A DNA stretch of 64,000 nucleotides, from the NCBI GenBank assembly GCA_019828565.1, contig JAHDYR010000016.1, forward strand, positions 211,053 to 275,052, in the 5' to 3' direction. Under the pieces are notes generated by a model. The model made no database searches, was not told where the DNA came from, and saw nothing but the letters and a program-made list of their open reading frames with translations. This document shows, piece by piece, positions 11,124 to 22,502 of this stretch. Within the stretch, counting starts at the first letter, position 1. The number at the start of each line of letters is the position of its first letter. Origin of the DNA: Carpediemonas membranifera BICM. Taxonomy: Eukaryota; Protista; Fornicata. The position numbers were made by a program, and so were the translations under genes.

Positions 11124-11424
11124 CGCCGTTGCTCAATATTAAAGATGAGATGACGAACTTCCCAGGCTAAGCTGCACATCTTTCATTGCCGGGCGCGGTG
11201 ATCAGTGGCGAGATGCAGTGCGAATGTGTGTGAATGTGCAGGTGTGAGACGTGAATACCGGACCCCAGTGCGCTGCAGATTGGCTCGACTTTGGCGAGGC
11301 TGATTCATCGAGACGAGACCAAGGGTCAGGGTGATTGTGAAAAGGAAAGCCCTTCTTTCAATGCCGCTGAATGGCTGTGGCTGCCAACTCACACCCGTCG
11401 TGAAACAATTCACATGCAGAGAAT

Positions 11425-12747
11425 TTACTTCTTTGCCTTCTTGCCCTCAGCCTTGAACTCGACGGCCTTGATGACACCGACAGCAACGGTCTGGCGCATA
11501 TCACGGACGGCGAAACGGCCGAGAGGGGGGTACTCAGTGAAGGACTCGACGCACATGGGCTTGGAGGGGAGCATGCGGGCGATGACGGAGTCACCGGTCT
11601 TGACCATCTTGGGGTTCTCCTCCTGGACCTTACCGGTACGGCGGTCGATCTTCTGAAGAAGCTCAGAGAACTTGACGGCGATGTGAGCAGTGTGGCAATC
11701 AAGAACGGGGGTGTAGCCGGCGTGGATCTGGCCGGGGTGGTTCATGATCATGACCTGGGCGTCGAAGGTGGCGCACTCGCAGGCGGGGTGGTCCTTGTCG
11801 TTGGAAGCAACCATGCCGCGCTTGACATCCTTGACGGAGACGTTCTTGACGTTGAAGCCAACGTTGTCGCCGGGGACGGCCTCGGCGAGCTGCTCGTGAT
11901 GCATCTCGACGGACTTGCACTCAGTGCGGACCATAGCGGGGGCGAAGCAGATGGTCATGCCGGGCTTGATGACACCGGTCTCAACACGGCCAACGGGCAC
12001 AGTGCCGATGCCACCGATCTTGTAGACGTCCTGGAGGGGGAGGCGGAGGGGCTTGTCAACGGGGCGCACCGGGGGCTTGACGAGGTCGAGGGCCTCGATA
12101 AGGGTGGGGCCCTTGTACCAGGGCATGTTGGAGGAGCGCTCGAGCATGTTGTCGCCGTTCCAGCCGGAGATGGGGACGAAGGGAGTGTCCTCGGGCTTGT
12201 AGCCAACGCGCTTGATGAAGGAAGAAACCTCCTTGGAGATCTCCTTGTAGCGGGACTCGGCGAACTTGACGGACTCGGAATCCATCTTGTTGATGCCGAT
12301 GATCATCTGCTTAACGCCAAGGGTGGAGGCGAGAAGAGCGTGCTCGCGGGTCTGGCCGTCCTTGGAGATGCCAGCCTCGAACTCACCCTGGCCAGCGGCG
12401 ACGATGAGGAGAGCGACATCGGCCTGGGAGGTGCCGGTGATCATGTTCTTGATGAAATCACGGTGGCCGGGAGCATCGATGATGGTGAAGTGGTACTTGC
12501 CAGTCTCGAACTTCCAGAGGGCGATATCGATGGTGATACCACGCTCACGCTCGGCCTTGAGCTTGTCAAGAACCCAGGCGTACTTGAAAGAGCCCTTGCC
12601 CATCTCGGAGGCCTCCTTCTCGAACTTCTCGATAGTACGCTTGTCGATACCGCCGCACTTGTAGATAAGGTGGCCGGTAGTGGTGGACTTGCCAACATCG
12701 ACGTGACCGATAACAACGAGGTTAACGTGAGCCTTCTCCTTGCCCAT
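11425..12747 (-). CDS. EEF1A: Translation elongation factor EF-1 alpha
   Basis: [56 protein letters not shown] and [10 protein letters not shown]; strong codon bias. Confidence 0.99.
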   Translation of the reverse strand: MGKEKAHVNLVVIGHVDVGKSTTTGHLIYKCGGIDKRTIEKFEKEASEMGKGSFKYAWVLDKLKAERERGITIDIALWKFETGKYHFTIIDAPGHRDFIKNMITGTSQADVALLIVAAGQGEFEAGISKDGQTREHALLASTLGVKQMIIGINKMDSESVKFAESRYKEISKEVSSFIKRVGYKPEDTPFVPISGWNGDNMLERSSNMPWYKGPTLIEALDLVKPPVRPVDKPLRLPLQDVYKIGGIGTVPVGRVETGVIKPGMTICFAPAMVRTECKSVEMHHEQLAEAVPGDNVGFNVKNVSVKDVKRGMVASNDKDHPACECATFDAQVMIMNHPGQIHAGYTPVLDCHTAHIAVKFSELLQKIDRRTGKVQEENPKMVKTGDSVIARMLPSKPMCVESFTEYPPLGRFAVRDMRQTVAVGVIKAVEFKAEGKKAKK

Positions 12748-13103
12748 TTCTAGACCTGTTTCTGTCTCGCTCAAAACAAGATTCCTTCTGGATGGGCAAA
12801 AATGGTTTTTACTAATTTATACAAGGTAGAGTGGAAGAAGAGGGCTCATAACCACTTCATGGAAGTTCTATAGCGATTGAAGCCTGGTGTCTGCTTTTTA
12901 TGCAAAAAATCGACGAAGTCAGGACAACCCGCACCGACTGTCTGGTCCGAGATCATCGACTCGTCGACTCGAATCCTGTGTCTCTTCGTCACAAGTAGCA
13001 CTACTCTCTGAACGACTACGGCTGGCGTGTAGGGATCGATCCATCGCACTCCAGCGTTCAGGGCCACGACATCCCTGTCAACCACACTACTTTACAAAAC
13101 GGA

Positions 13104-13772
13104 CTACTCCTGGAAAACAACCTCCCAAGACTCTGGTTCGCGCCATGGAGCCTTCTCTACAGGCATGGGGATCGCGTCGAGGAACGCTCTCGCAATAGCA
13201 CGATTGTCGCCTTCGCCCGCGAACGAGAAGAATGCGTCGCACTCAAGCTCAGCCTCCGCAAAAGCAGCCACCATCCGGGCAGTGTTGCCTGTCCCAACAA
13301 CCTTCTTGATGTCAGCAGTATTCTCAGAGGCTGCAAGCTGCTCAAGTCGCCTGATCTTGCCGCCGTTCTTCCCCACATGACGGATGGGGTTGCTCTCCTC
13401 AAGCTGCGAGTCCGTCCGTGCAAACCGGTCGACACTCGACCAGACATTCACTGTACGCACACCGACTTGCTTCAGCCATGCCGCGAGGTCAGCCGACCAG
13501 GGCCCTTGGTGAAGCACTGGCCCCCTCATCTGTATGACAACCACATCGTCCTGGACGAAGACCTCGGTTACGGTGGAAAGAGGATGCGCCTCAAGCGGCT
13601 GTACCGTGATTGTTGACGCCACATGGTCGCTGAGCAGCCGGCCTGCGAGCTGGAAGCCGAGAGTGGTCACAAGCATGTCAATAGCAAGCTGTGCGCTACC
13701 ACCGTGAGCGATGGCGGGAATAATGCACGTGTGTACGCCATTAAGCCGACTGTTATCTCCGTAAAATTGCAT
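13104..13772 (-). CDS. PSMG2: Proteasome assembly chaperone 2 (PAC2)
   Basis: IIPAIAHGGSAQLAIDMLV, VVIQMRGP, EGDN and W.EPESW..VF motifs. Confidence 0.8.
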   Translation of the reverse strand: MQFYGDNSRLNGVHTCIIPAIAHGGSAQLAIDMLVTTLGFQLAGRLLSDHVASTITVQPLEAHPLSTVTEVFVQDDVVVIQMRGPVLHQGPWSADLAAWLKQVGVRTVNVWSSVDRFARTDSQLEESNPIRHVGKNGGKIRRLEQLAASENTADIKKVVGTGNTARMVAAFAEAELECDAFFSFAGEGDNRAIARAFLDAIPMPVEKAPWREPESWEVVFQE

Positions 13773-13987
13773 ACAGGCGTGTTTCTTGGCAAGCACGATC
13801 GTGATCAATCAGCTGATGACAGGCTGCGGGTTGGGTGCTGACAGCGGCGGTAGGCGGAGTGTACATGTCGTATGCTACCGTGCCAATGAATGGAATAGCC
13901 CATAGGATTGTAGCTGTTCTACCTCGGGCAGCTGGGGCCATCCTCACAAAGAGCAACGCGATACGATCACCCGGAAGACTTTATTGC

Positions 13988-14427
13988 TTACTCCTGGACA
14001 ATGTCGAGGATGTCAGAGTCACCCTGGTCAAGGATGGCCATGGTGCCGATACGGAAGTAGCGGCCGCAGGCGGTGCCGAGGTCGGTGTTGGTGCCAGTGT
14101 AGTGCTCAACGGGGACACGAGCGAGCATGCCGTAGTACTCGAGCTCAGACTTGCGGAGAGCGGGGCAGTTGGCAGCGACGATAACGAGCTTAGCCTCACC
14201 AGCGCGCATGGCCTTAAGGGTCTGCTTGTAGCCAAGGGCGAACTTGCCGCTCTTAGTAACGAGCTGGAGGCGGGAGTTGATGGACTCAAGGGTCTTCTTG
14301 GTGGACTATGTTAGATGATGCGCATTGCACCAAAACTGGCACGGGCTTCATGCAAATTGGGGTATTGATGTGATTCCCAACACGGCTCACGACGAATTTT
14401 GATGTTTCATTAACGTACAGTGGACAT
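13988..14427 (-). CDS. RPL30: 60S ribosomal protein eL30, 2 exons
   Basis: ATG TCC ACT, then a 113-nt intron (14306-14418, GTACGT...CTAACATAG), then [31 protein letters not shown]...RKSELEYY...[10 protein letters not shown]...GDSDI. Confidence 0.95.
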
Positions 14428-14739
14428 TGGTCTTTGTTCTGGGATGAACTCACAACGTGCTCAACAGACCATTTTTGCCCCCATCGGGTTCAAACCCGAT
14501 CGAACGTAACCGCGTGAATTAGGCCGGGATGGGGACACTCTCCATGGATGAGCACACTAGATCGCCTGTAAGTCGATAACTGCGGGCTGAGCAGAGTTCG
14601 CCAACTGGAGTCGGCAGAGTCTTGTGTCGGGTTGACAGCACACCGAGCTGGCTCAGCTTCCATTCCATGATGAGACAAGCCAATGAACATCTAAACAACG
14701 TATTAGACCACCGGAGGCTTAGTTTATGAATGTCATAAA

Positions 14740-15091
14740 TTAACCAAGGATGATGGCAGACTTCTTCTGCTTGCGCTCAGCGCCGAGCTCGAAGTGCTTC
14801 GCGCGCTTGAGGACAACGAAGTGGCGGTGCTTGCACTTGCTGCACTCAAGACGGAGAAGGATCTTCTTGGTAGTCTTGGCCTTGTTGTGCTGAACGGGCT
14901 TGGTCTGGCCACCAAAACCACGCTGCTTGCGCACATAACGGCGCTGGCCAAGAGCGGTATCGCGACGGGCACCAGACTTGCACTGAGTGACCTTGTGGAC
15001 AGTGTGAGCGTTGTCGACGGTGCAGTGGGTCTATATGAGCAGAAAGAAACGAAAATGGACATACACGGCGAGTCTTAGGGATGTTAACCAT
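14740..15091 (-). CDS. RPL44: 60S ribosomal protein eL42 (L44/L36a), 2 exons
   Basis: MVNIPKTRR, a 34-nt intron (15031-15064), then THC...HKVTQ...[28 protein letters not shown]...KRAKHFELG. Confidence 0.95.
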
Positions 15092-15369
15092 TAACTGAGT
15101 GATAAATGTGGTTCGAATGCGACATACGGCGAGGACCAAGCAGCGTGTGACTTTTTTCGTAAAAAAAAAAGTTGCCCACTCAAACTTTTTAAAAAATTAA
15201 AACGATGGGTATTATGAGTGTTTGTCCTGGATCTCGGCGAAGGTACCACCTTCGCAGTTTAAAAGAAGAGAATGACTTGTGCCTTCAAAGTTCTTCAACA
15301 AACTGACCAATTTTTGAGAGTAGTTTAACTTGATAGTGAGATCATAGCAAAAGGAACCAATATGCACAC

Positions 15370-17562
15370 CTACGTCGCACCCTCTGGGTCGCGTCCGAAG
15401 CTGAGCACATACTCCTTGCTGTTGAGCTCGGCCACGTGCTGCTGCTCCAGCCAAGTGCACTCCTCCTGCAAACTCCGGCACTTTGCCAAGCTCACACTTG
15501 TGCTGTCACCGCTCCTGGTAATCATTCGGGCAGGCTCCCCGGGCGGGCCGGCAGGGGCGATGAGTCTGATCGTGTGGAGCACTGGATGGTCCAGATCACC
15601 GGTCAGCGGGTTCGGGGGGACACTATTGAGGGGGGTCGACCCGACACCGCCGACAGGCTCGGCCACTAGTGAAATGCCGAGCATGCCAAGCTGGCCGGAC
15701 AAGTCTTCGAGCACGGTCGGGGTGAAGTCTCTGATGGACTCGACCCCCGCCTCCGCCGTCCTGGTCCCGTTGCTTGTGAGAGCGGCGTTCCACTTCGACA
15801 ACGCGAGCAGGCTGGCCCAATATGTATTCCGGTCTGTCTGCTGGCGCCTTCTCTCCGGCAGCTGCCTCGCCTTGGCCGCGAGTGTGCGGATCTTGGCCTG
15901 GTTGCCGTGCCCCTCGTCCTTGGGCCCGGCCTCGAGCTCGGCCTGCTGGCCTCTCAGCGCTAGGTAGACCGCGTGGTCTGCGAGGAGCTTGTGGAGGTGC
16001 GAGGTGTGCTTCTTGTCGCCGACGACATCACCCACATCCGCTGACCGCTGCATGACGTCCTCGGCGTCCTTCTCGACCCGTTTCTTCTCCATGCTCTCCT
16101 TGAGATCGGCCACAAACATCTCAGCCGCCCTCTTGAAGATCTTGGCAGGCACGTTTTCTCTACTATGTTTCCGCACCTCCCGCACGAACGCGCTAAGAGG
16201 CCCGTGGACGTCGCTCGACCGGAGTATCGACTCCCCCGTCAGGTCCAGTAGCTGGGCGTCAGCACGACGGTCCCGCCCGTGGTCTCGCCCCCCATGGTCT
16301 TCCTTGCTGCCGACGACCTCAGCCACTAGCCGCTCAGCCGCAGTCGCCCTCCCAGACCGAGGCGAGTCGATACTGTAGTCGAAGTCGCCGTCGCTGTCCT
16401 CTGTCGGCGTGTACGTCCCGGTGAGTCTGCCGAGCTGCTTCTCGATATGGTCGGCCCGCTTCTTCTCGTGGTAGTCCGGTCCTAGCTCTGGCACGTCCAG
16501 CCAGCCGTCGGGGACCTCTAACGACGGAATGAGACCCTCATGGACCCAGTCCGCGGCCAGTATGACCTTCTCCCTTGTGAGCAGGTCCTCGGGCCGGGGG
16601 CGGGGCTCGGTCGACTCGAACAAGTCGATGTCTTGCTCCGTGATTGTCGAGACAAGGGGAGCCAGCTGCCGCCAGTAGTCGAGCTCCTCCTTGGCCTGAA
16701 GGGCCGCCTCGTCTTCGATGTCACTCATACTATCGTCCTTGCCCGCGGCACGGACGGCGGCGCGCTGGGTCGGCCGGGCACGCATGCCCCCGCCTCGCCC
16801 GGCCCGGCCAAAGCGTCTCTTGGCGAGTATGTCACGCTTGGCACGCCTGGCTTCGCGGGCTACTCTGCTCCGCTCGTCCCTGGCACGATCCATCTCCTTC
16901 ATTGCCCGCTTCTTCGCGGACTCGGCCTCCATCTGCTCCCGGAGGAGAGGCATGGGTGCCACTGCAAAGCCCGTGCCGCAGTGGCCGCAGACAAGCTCGG
17001 AGAACATGCGCTGCTCGCTCTGGAGAATGGTGTTCTTCGCGCCGGGGCTGGTGGTCTCCAGGGAGGCCTGGATGAAGACGTAGAGGGCCTCGAGCAGGGC
17101 GGCGCGGATGTCGGGACGCCCCTCGATGAGCGTGTTCAGGGCTGTGTCGGCAAGGAGCTTAGTGCGCACGGCGTCGATCTGCTTGGGTATAATAGGGATC
17201 TGCGCGACGTTGCGGAAGGGGAGGAGGATCTGCTCGAGGAAGATGTTGAAGTGGCGCAAGCGGGTGGGACTCAAGTCAATAGTAGGATCAATGAACATGA
17301 ACAGATCCAAGAAATCCTCAGTAAGCTTCTCCTTGGCGACGAGAATGCCGCTTTGTGGCCCTTTGGGACTTTTCGTATCATACACGGCTGTGTGCCTGCC
17401 CAGAATGGAGAATCTACTGCTTTCAGCATGTACTGAACCATACTTGATCCTAATAACACGTGGATCGAGCTCCATGCGGTACTTCTGTGATTCGCGCGCA
17501 GCTGCTTCGTTGAACTCGTCAACTCTCGAATCAACTGAGTGGCTGGGACGCACATTCGGCAA
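15370..17562 (-). CDS. Hypothetical protein, about 730 aa; true start may lie upstream
   Basis: Long ORF with host-like codon usage and no recognised domain. The 5' end is unresolved; ORF 17531..17989 may be an upstream exon. Confidence 0.65.
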   Translation of the reverse strand: MPNVRPSHSVDSRVDEFNEAAARESQKYRMELDPRVIRIKYGSVHAESSRFSILGRHTAVYDTKSPKGPQSGILVAKEKLTEDFLDLFMFIDPTIDLSPTRLRHFNIFLEQILLPFRNVAQIPIIPKQIDAVRTKLLADTALNTLIEGRPDIRAALLEALYVFIQASLETTSPGAKNTILQSEQRMFSELVCGHCGTGFAVAPMPLLREQMEAESAKKRAMKEMDRARDERSRVAREARRAKRDILAKRRFGRAGRGGGMRARPTQRAAVRAAGKDDSMSDIEDEAALQAKEELDYWRQLAPLVSTITEQDIDLFESTEPRPRPEDLLTREKVILAADWVHEGLIPSLEVPDGWLDVPELGPDYHEKKRADHIEKQLGRLTGTYTPTEDSDGDFDYSIDSPRSGRATAAERLVAEVVGSKEDHGGRDHGRDRRADAQLLDLTGESILRSSDVHGPLSAFVREVRKHSRENVPAKIFKRAAEMFVADLKESMEKKRVEKDAEDVMQRSADVGDVVGDKKHTSHLHKLLADHAVYLALRGQQAELEAGPKDEGHGNQAKIRTLAAKARQLPERRRQQTDRNTYWASLLALSKWNAALTSNGTRTAEAGVESIRDFTPTVLEDLSGQLGMLGISLVAEPVGGVGSTPLNSVPPNPLTGDLDHPVLHTIRLIAPAGPPGEPARMITRSGDSTSVSLAKCRSLQEECTWLEQQHVAELNSKEYVLSFGRDPEGAT

Positions 17563-18290
17563 GCCTTTGGTAGGCCCTAGATGCCATGGGTGCCCTTTCG
17601 GCTGGTTTTGTCAGACGCATATTATCTTTCTGACTCCGGCAGAGTTCGAGTTGAACACCTTCAGGTGCACGACAGGTGGACCAAATGGGCCAAACGTCAA
17701 GAAAGAACGTATAGGCATGGAAACCTGACATATGACGTGGTTTTCCAACATTTGCCTGAGGCTCGAACGAACCGACATGTCCATCACCGCTCAGTGCCAT
17801 TCCGTGCTGAATCACGCCGTTTTCAGACACTATCATCTTCACCAGGTCGTTATATGTCGCGGAAGCGGGTCGCTTTGCCCACCGCTCTCCGCCATTGAGG
17901 CCTCCCTGCAAGATGGTCAGACGGCCGTTGAAACCGCGACGGAACGGGTGCATGATGATAGTAAACAACGATAGTAGCCAGCAGAACACTATTCATTCAA
18001 TTAATTTGCCCGGGACCCCTTCCTCTCGCCTCAGCCTCGCCCTTTCTCACGGTCGTCGGCCCCAGCCCCTGCTTGCCGTGAGCTAAACACTGTGGCCTCA
18101 TTTACGTCGCAGTAGTGGTCATTTATGAAGCATGGTCGGCTTGACTGGAGTACCCAGGACACATCAGATGCTGGCACCCCAGTGACACGGCAGAGTCGGT
18201 CAACCTGGCCTCAGGGTCTACCGGCACAGGCCTGACGACAGATGACTGGCTACAGTTGTAGCTACCCGTGTTCCCATCCCCAAGCCCCCC

Positions 18291-18998
18291 TCAGACCCAC
18301 TGTACCAGGGGTGAGAGCACAGAGGCCGTCTCCACCAGTAACCGGGCCCCGTCCTCGGGTTGTGTGGGTGAAAGCGCCGTCAGCTCAATCAGCACAGTGC
18401 CTGGGTCCAGCAGCACCCTGTCCCTGGCGGCCATGGCCGCGGTCATGAGCACAGTGTCGTCCGGCTGAGTCGGTGAAGTTATGGACGTCGGTGGCGAAAG
18501 GACCATGTTTGGTGTGGGGGCGTCTGGTCTGAGTGTGAAGAGGTGGGTGATCAGCCGGCAGAGCACACCGCCCGGGAGTTCAAACTGGTGGCCCTGGGCA
18601 TACGTTACAATCGCCAAGGGACGGTCGGTGGGGGCGTTCTCAGGAAGAGGGGTGGTCATTGCGTCGATCTTGACTGGTCTGCAGGTCACCGCTCCCAGCT
18701 TCTTCGGCTTCTTGAGGTCGTACCGGGTGCCGTGGACTGTGGTCCCTCCAAACTGGGAAAGACGGAGACGAGTGGCGAAGTTCTCAACAGACTGGCCGTA
18801 TACCGCCTCATAGGCATGGAATTTGGATCGGACATGTGACATATCGTGGAGTATGTTGAAAAGCTCCTGGCCCGTTGAGATCCAGGACATGCTGTCGGCG
18901 GCATCGGCAAACATCACCTCTGTGTTGATCTCATTAGTACCATGGCGCAGTATACCTCGCAAATTGCACTCATATACCACTCCTTGCGGCGCATTCAT
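18291..18998 (-). CDS. Hypothetical protein, weakly Mediator Med18-like
   Basis: N-terminal YECNLRG and internal YAQGHQF loosely resemble Med18/CYTH-like motifs. The assignment is tentative. Confidence 0.4.
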   Translation of the reverse strand: MNAPQGVVYECNLRGILRHGTNEINTEVMFADAADSMSWISTGQELFNILHDMSHVRSKFHAYEAVYGQSVENFATRLRLSQFGGTTVHGTRYDLKKPKKLGAVTCRPVKIDAMTTPLPENAPTDRPLAIVTYAQGHQFELPGGVLCRLITHLFTLRPDAPTPNMVLSPPTSITSPTQPDDTVLMTAAMAARDRVLLDPGTVLIELTALSPTQPEDGARLLVETASVLSPLVQWV

Positions 18999-19130
18999 CG
19001 TCAATGTGGTCAAAACTGGCAAAACAAAGAATGCACCTGGCTGCGCTTAATAGAGCCCAGGCAGGTGATGTAGTTCATCCCAGGGGACCTCACCACCCAC
19101 CTATCCATCCCTTAACCGCATATTTAAAAG

Positions 19131-22100
19131 TTACTCCCGGCCGAACTGCTCGTTTGTCATGTACAGGCTGGGCTGGCACACGACGCCACGCCACACGAGG
19201 CCCCTCGCCTCCTCGAACTTCGCCTTAAGGTCGTCCATGCCCCCGATCTTGGAGCACCCTTTGACCATCTGCTGTAGCAGGATCGCCAGCCGCCGGAGGA
19301 CCCTGACGAGCCCGCCGGGGAACGCCTCAGGGTCCACGAGCATCGTCTTGGCAAGCGTGCTGCCGTTGGCCCAGGCGTGTATGAGGGGCACGACCCCCAG
19401 TCGGACGGCCTCCTGCCTGTACTCCTCGCCAGTGGTCTCGACCCCCACTCGGGCCATGGTGTCTCCGATGTCCTTAGCCCGCTCCCTGGCAGTCTCGATG
19501 GCTGCTGCGAGTGCATCAGAGGGCAGCTTAGGCTCCTCCTCAGCCTTGGTCTCGTCAATGAGAGCCCCCAGCAGACCACAGACGTCGACCGGGGACAGTG
19601 TTGTGAACACAGAGGTCGTCACCAGAAGCTCGGTCACGAGCAGCTCGTTGGCAGTGTTCACCTCTGCTGCAAACGTCCCCAGCTTGCTCAAGACTCCGTC
19701 CGAGTCGATGTAGCCCCGTTCGGTCAGAACTTGGGTCATTCTCTCCATCTCCCCGGTCAGAACGGTCTCGTCGCTGAGGGCATGGAGCTCGGCGCCCAGT
19801 GCGGCCAGTTCGGCCTGGATGAGGTCTCTGCTCCACACCCGAGCGAAGACTCGGTCGAAGTCGGGCTGAGACGCTGTTGTTGTGCGGATTTCAGCAAGTC
19901 TAGATACAGTGCTGACGAAGTCGGCCTTGGCTCGGGTGTACTCGTCAGACAGGTCCTTGTCGAGGAAGCTGTGTAGCGAGGCCGCCATCTTACCGACCAG
20001 CAGACAGCCGTCATCGTCACCAGGCAAGGGGTCGCCCCCAGCTCCGCGCTCAGCGTCGAGCCTGCTCTCCACCAGCTCCGCATACCGCAGCCGGTCGTAG
20101 TCTGGTGCCGAGCTGTCCGCGCTTACTACACCGCTGACGTGCCCGCCGAGCACGCTGATGGCCGCCACCCCCACGGACACCACCGTGCATGTCCCAGGGG
20201 CCCCGGGCACCGCCGGGCCGACCCCCTCCTCGTCAGTCCGCACGAGGACCTGCACGGTTCGGCCCGTGGTGCGGTCGGTCGGCTCGCCGAGGACTAGGCC
20301 CCAGCCGTAGCAGGCATCGCCCTCATCGATGAACACCAGACGCTTGGTCAGGAACGTCTGAGGTGTGGCTGCGGCAGGGGCCTTCTGTGCCCTCCGTCGG
20401 GACCGGGCAGTCCCTCTGCCCGCCGCCTTGTCCAGCTGGGCCGCGATAAATGCCTGAGTCGCACGCCTAAACACGCCGTGTCTGAGGACTGTCAGCTGCC
20501 GCAGCAACCGGGTGTACTCGCCCACCTCTGCCACGACAGCGTCACCCTCGCCTTCGAGCCCGGTCGACCCCAGCTCGAGTAGCTTGGCGTTGATACTGTC
20601 GATAAGCGGCGGGACGCGGCACTGCTGCTGGTACTGCAGGAATGACTTTCCGAGCATCTCAGCGGCCTCCTCGCCGTCACCCTGCCGCAGCATCTTGAGG
20701 AGCATGTTGTAGCTGAGATGGAAGGCTGAGTGCAGGTCCTCCGCCCCCCGCTCCACCATGATACGGAACTCCTGCCGGTCCAGCCTGTCTGACGCCATGA
20801 TGATGACGTTGCCCGTCTTATCGGCGTTCCGTCGACCGGCCCTGCCCGCCATCTGGGTGTACTCGCCGCTCGAGAGGATGCGACGCCCCTCGCCGTCCCA
20901 CTTCGTCACAGAGGAGAAGATCACCGTCCTCGCCGGCATGTTCAGTCCCATAGCGAACGTCTCGGTGGCAAAGAGCACCTTAAGGAGACCCAACCCGAAG
21001 AGCATCTCCGTGATCTCCTTCATCGTGGGGAGCAGCCCGCTGTGATGCACGCCAAGACCCATTCTGAGCAGCGGGAGGGCGGCGTCCATGGCCGACCGGT
21101 CCTCCTCGTTGATTGTATCGCGTGCTTTGTTAAACAGGAAGTTGATACGCGTGACATCATCCGGAGTAGTCCATGACCGTCCGTTCGATGACATCGCCTT
21201 CATCATGTCATCAGCGTAGCCCTGGATCTCCCGTTTGCCGAATCCGAAGACGATGACAGGGCCGAAAGTAGTCGGACCGCCATCGCCTATGAGGGTCACC
21301 AGCAGCGTCTTGAGCTGCTCTATCGTCCCGTTCCTACCCTGCGGCGTCTGCGCGAGGTCTGTCATCGCGCTGTTGAAAGAAGCAGCGTTCATGGCTGCGT
21401 CACCCTCCTTGATGAGGCGTAGGAAGCCATTAGACGTGGCAGTCTTGGGCTTAGGGATGAATACGCTGAGCGGTGTGGGTCTGTACTCCGTGTATATCAC
21501 GTGACACGGCTCATTACGGAGCTGGGCGATCCAACCCGCGAACTGGGGGGCGTTGGGAATGGTGGCCGAGAGGAAGACGCACTTGACCCCCGGCCTGAGC
21601 TTGATCATGGTCTCCTCCCACACCACACCACGCTCAGAGTCTCTCATGTAGTGTACCTCATCGAAAATGACCCACTTCATCTCCCGCATGAGCTCGGAGC
21701 CCGAGTACAGCTGCTCGCGGAGAATCTCGGTTGTCATCACGAGGATCGGCGCGTGGGGTGCGATGGTGGTGTCGCCGGTCATCAGGCCGACCTCGACGAA
21801 CCGGTCGGGGTCCTCGGGGGTGGGGAACATGCCGCTCAGGTCGTGGAACTTCTGGTTCGACAGCGCCTTGATGGGGGAGGTGTATACGATCTTCTGCCCC
21901 TTGGCAAGGGCATGGGCGATCGCGTACTCGGCTACAACGGTCTTGCCCGCGCTAGTGTGGGCAGAGACGAGCACAGACTCCTCCCGGTCAACCGCACTCA
22001 CCGCCTGGACCTGGAAGGGGTCCAGCTCGAATGGGTATGTCTGAGCCATGGTCTCCGGCCTCGGCAGTGTGAATACGGCGTCGTCGGCTTCAAGCTGCTC

Positions 22101-22373
22101 GACGATCGGCCGCATGGACGAGGGAAACGCCACCTGATGCTTGCACACCTTGGTCTTGTCGCAAATTTCCTTGCCTTTGGAATTAACGTACTTCCCTTGC
22201 AGAACATCGCGTATGATCGGCATACTCATGCAGAGTGACGCTACGGTGGCTTGCAGATCCTCTGGAGAGTTGATAGCAGTCGATGCGACATTATCGCGCT
22301 TCTCTTCAACGCTAGGCAGCGGCGCTTTGCGCACCACAGGGCCTAGAACGTCTAAAAGGTCGAAGTCGTCCAT
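19131..22373 (-). CDS. MTR4: Ski2-like exosome RNA helicase Mtr4
   Basis: YPFELDPFQ, AHTSAGKT, YTSPIKALSNQK, DEVHYM, FLSATIPN, TETFAMGLNMPART and QMAGRAGRR; C-terminal SLY. Confidence 0.93.
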   Translation of the reverse strand: MDDFDLLDVLGPVVRKAPLPSVEEKRDNVASTAINSPEDLQATVASLCMSMPIIRDVLQGKYVNSKGKEICDKTKVCKHQVAFPSSMRPIVEQLEADDAVFTLPRPETMAQTYPFELDPFQVQAVSAVDREESVLVSAHTSAGKTVVAEYAIAHALAKGQKIVYTSPIKALSNQKFHDLSGMFPTPEDPDRFVEVGLMTGDTTIAPHAPILVMTTEILREQLYSGSELMREMKWVIFDEVHYMRDSERGVVWEETMIKLRPGVKCVFLSATIPNAPQFAGWIAQLRNEPCHVIYTEYRPTPLSVFIPKPKTATSNGFLRLIKEGDAAMNAASFNSAMTDLAQTPQGRNGTIEQLKTLLVTLIGDGGPTTFGPVIVFGFGKREIQGYADDMMKAMSSNGRSWTTPDDVTRINFLFNKARDTINEEDRSAMDAALPLLRMGLGVHHSGLLPTMKEITEMLFGLGLLKVLFATETFAMGLNMPARTVIFSSVTKWDGEGRRILSSGEYTQMAGRAGRRNADKTGNVIIMASDRLDRQEFRIMVERGAEDLHSAFHLSYNMLLKMLRQGDGEEAAEMLGKSFLQYQQQCRVPPLIDSINAKLLELGSTGLEGEGDAVVAEVGEYTRLLRQLTVLRHGVFRRATQAFIAAQLDKAAGRGTARSRRRAQKAPAAATPQTFLTKRLVFIDEGDACYGWGLVLGEPTDRTTGRTVQVLVRTDEEGVGPAVPGAPGTCTVVSVGVAAISVLGGHVSGVVSADSSAPDYDRLRYAELVESRLDAERGAGGDPLPGDDDGCLLVGKMAASLHSFLDKDLSDEYTRAKADFVSTVSRLAEIRTTTASQPDFDRVFARVWSRDLIQAELAALGAELHALSDETVLTGEMERMTQVLTERGYIDSDGVLSKLGTFAAEVNTANELLVTELLVTTSVFTTLSPVDVCGLLGALIDETKAEEEPKLPSDALAAAIETARERAKDIGDTMARVGVETTGEEYRQEAVRLGVVPLIHAWANGSTLAKTMLVDPEAFPGGLVRVLRRLAILLQQMVKGCSKIGGMDDLKAKFEEARGLVWRGVVCQPSLYMTNEQFGRE

Positions 22374-22502
22374 CGAAACGGCGTATCCTGCACCAGACTA
22401 AACTCGGCGTCGGATGGCCACAGGGCTCCAGGCAGAGCATACACACACCCAGATAATGCCATCCAAGCCCTGTCTTTATTCCATTAAAAGGTTGCTCCCC
22501 AG

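Noticed and set aside
11683-12753. 356-aa plus-strand ORF, and similar long antisense ORFs at 7909, 56310, 56386, 59710 and 60905
   Set aside because: These are antisense or alternate-frame shadows of GC3-biased genes (EF-1alpha, SDA1, surface protein, CDC48) with no independent motifs.
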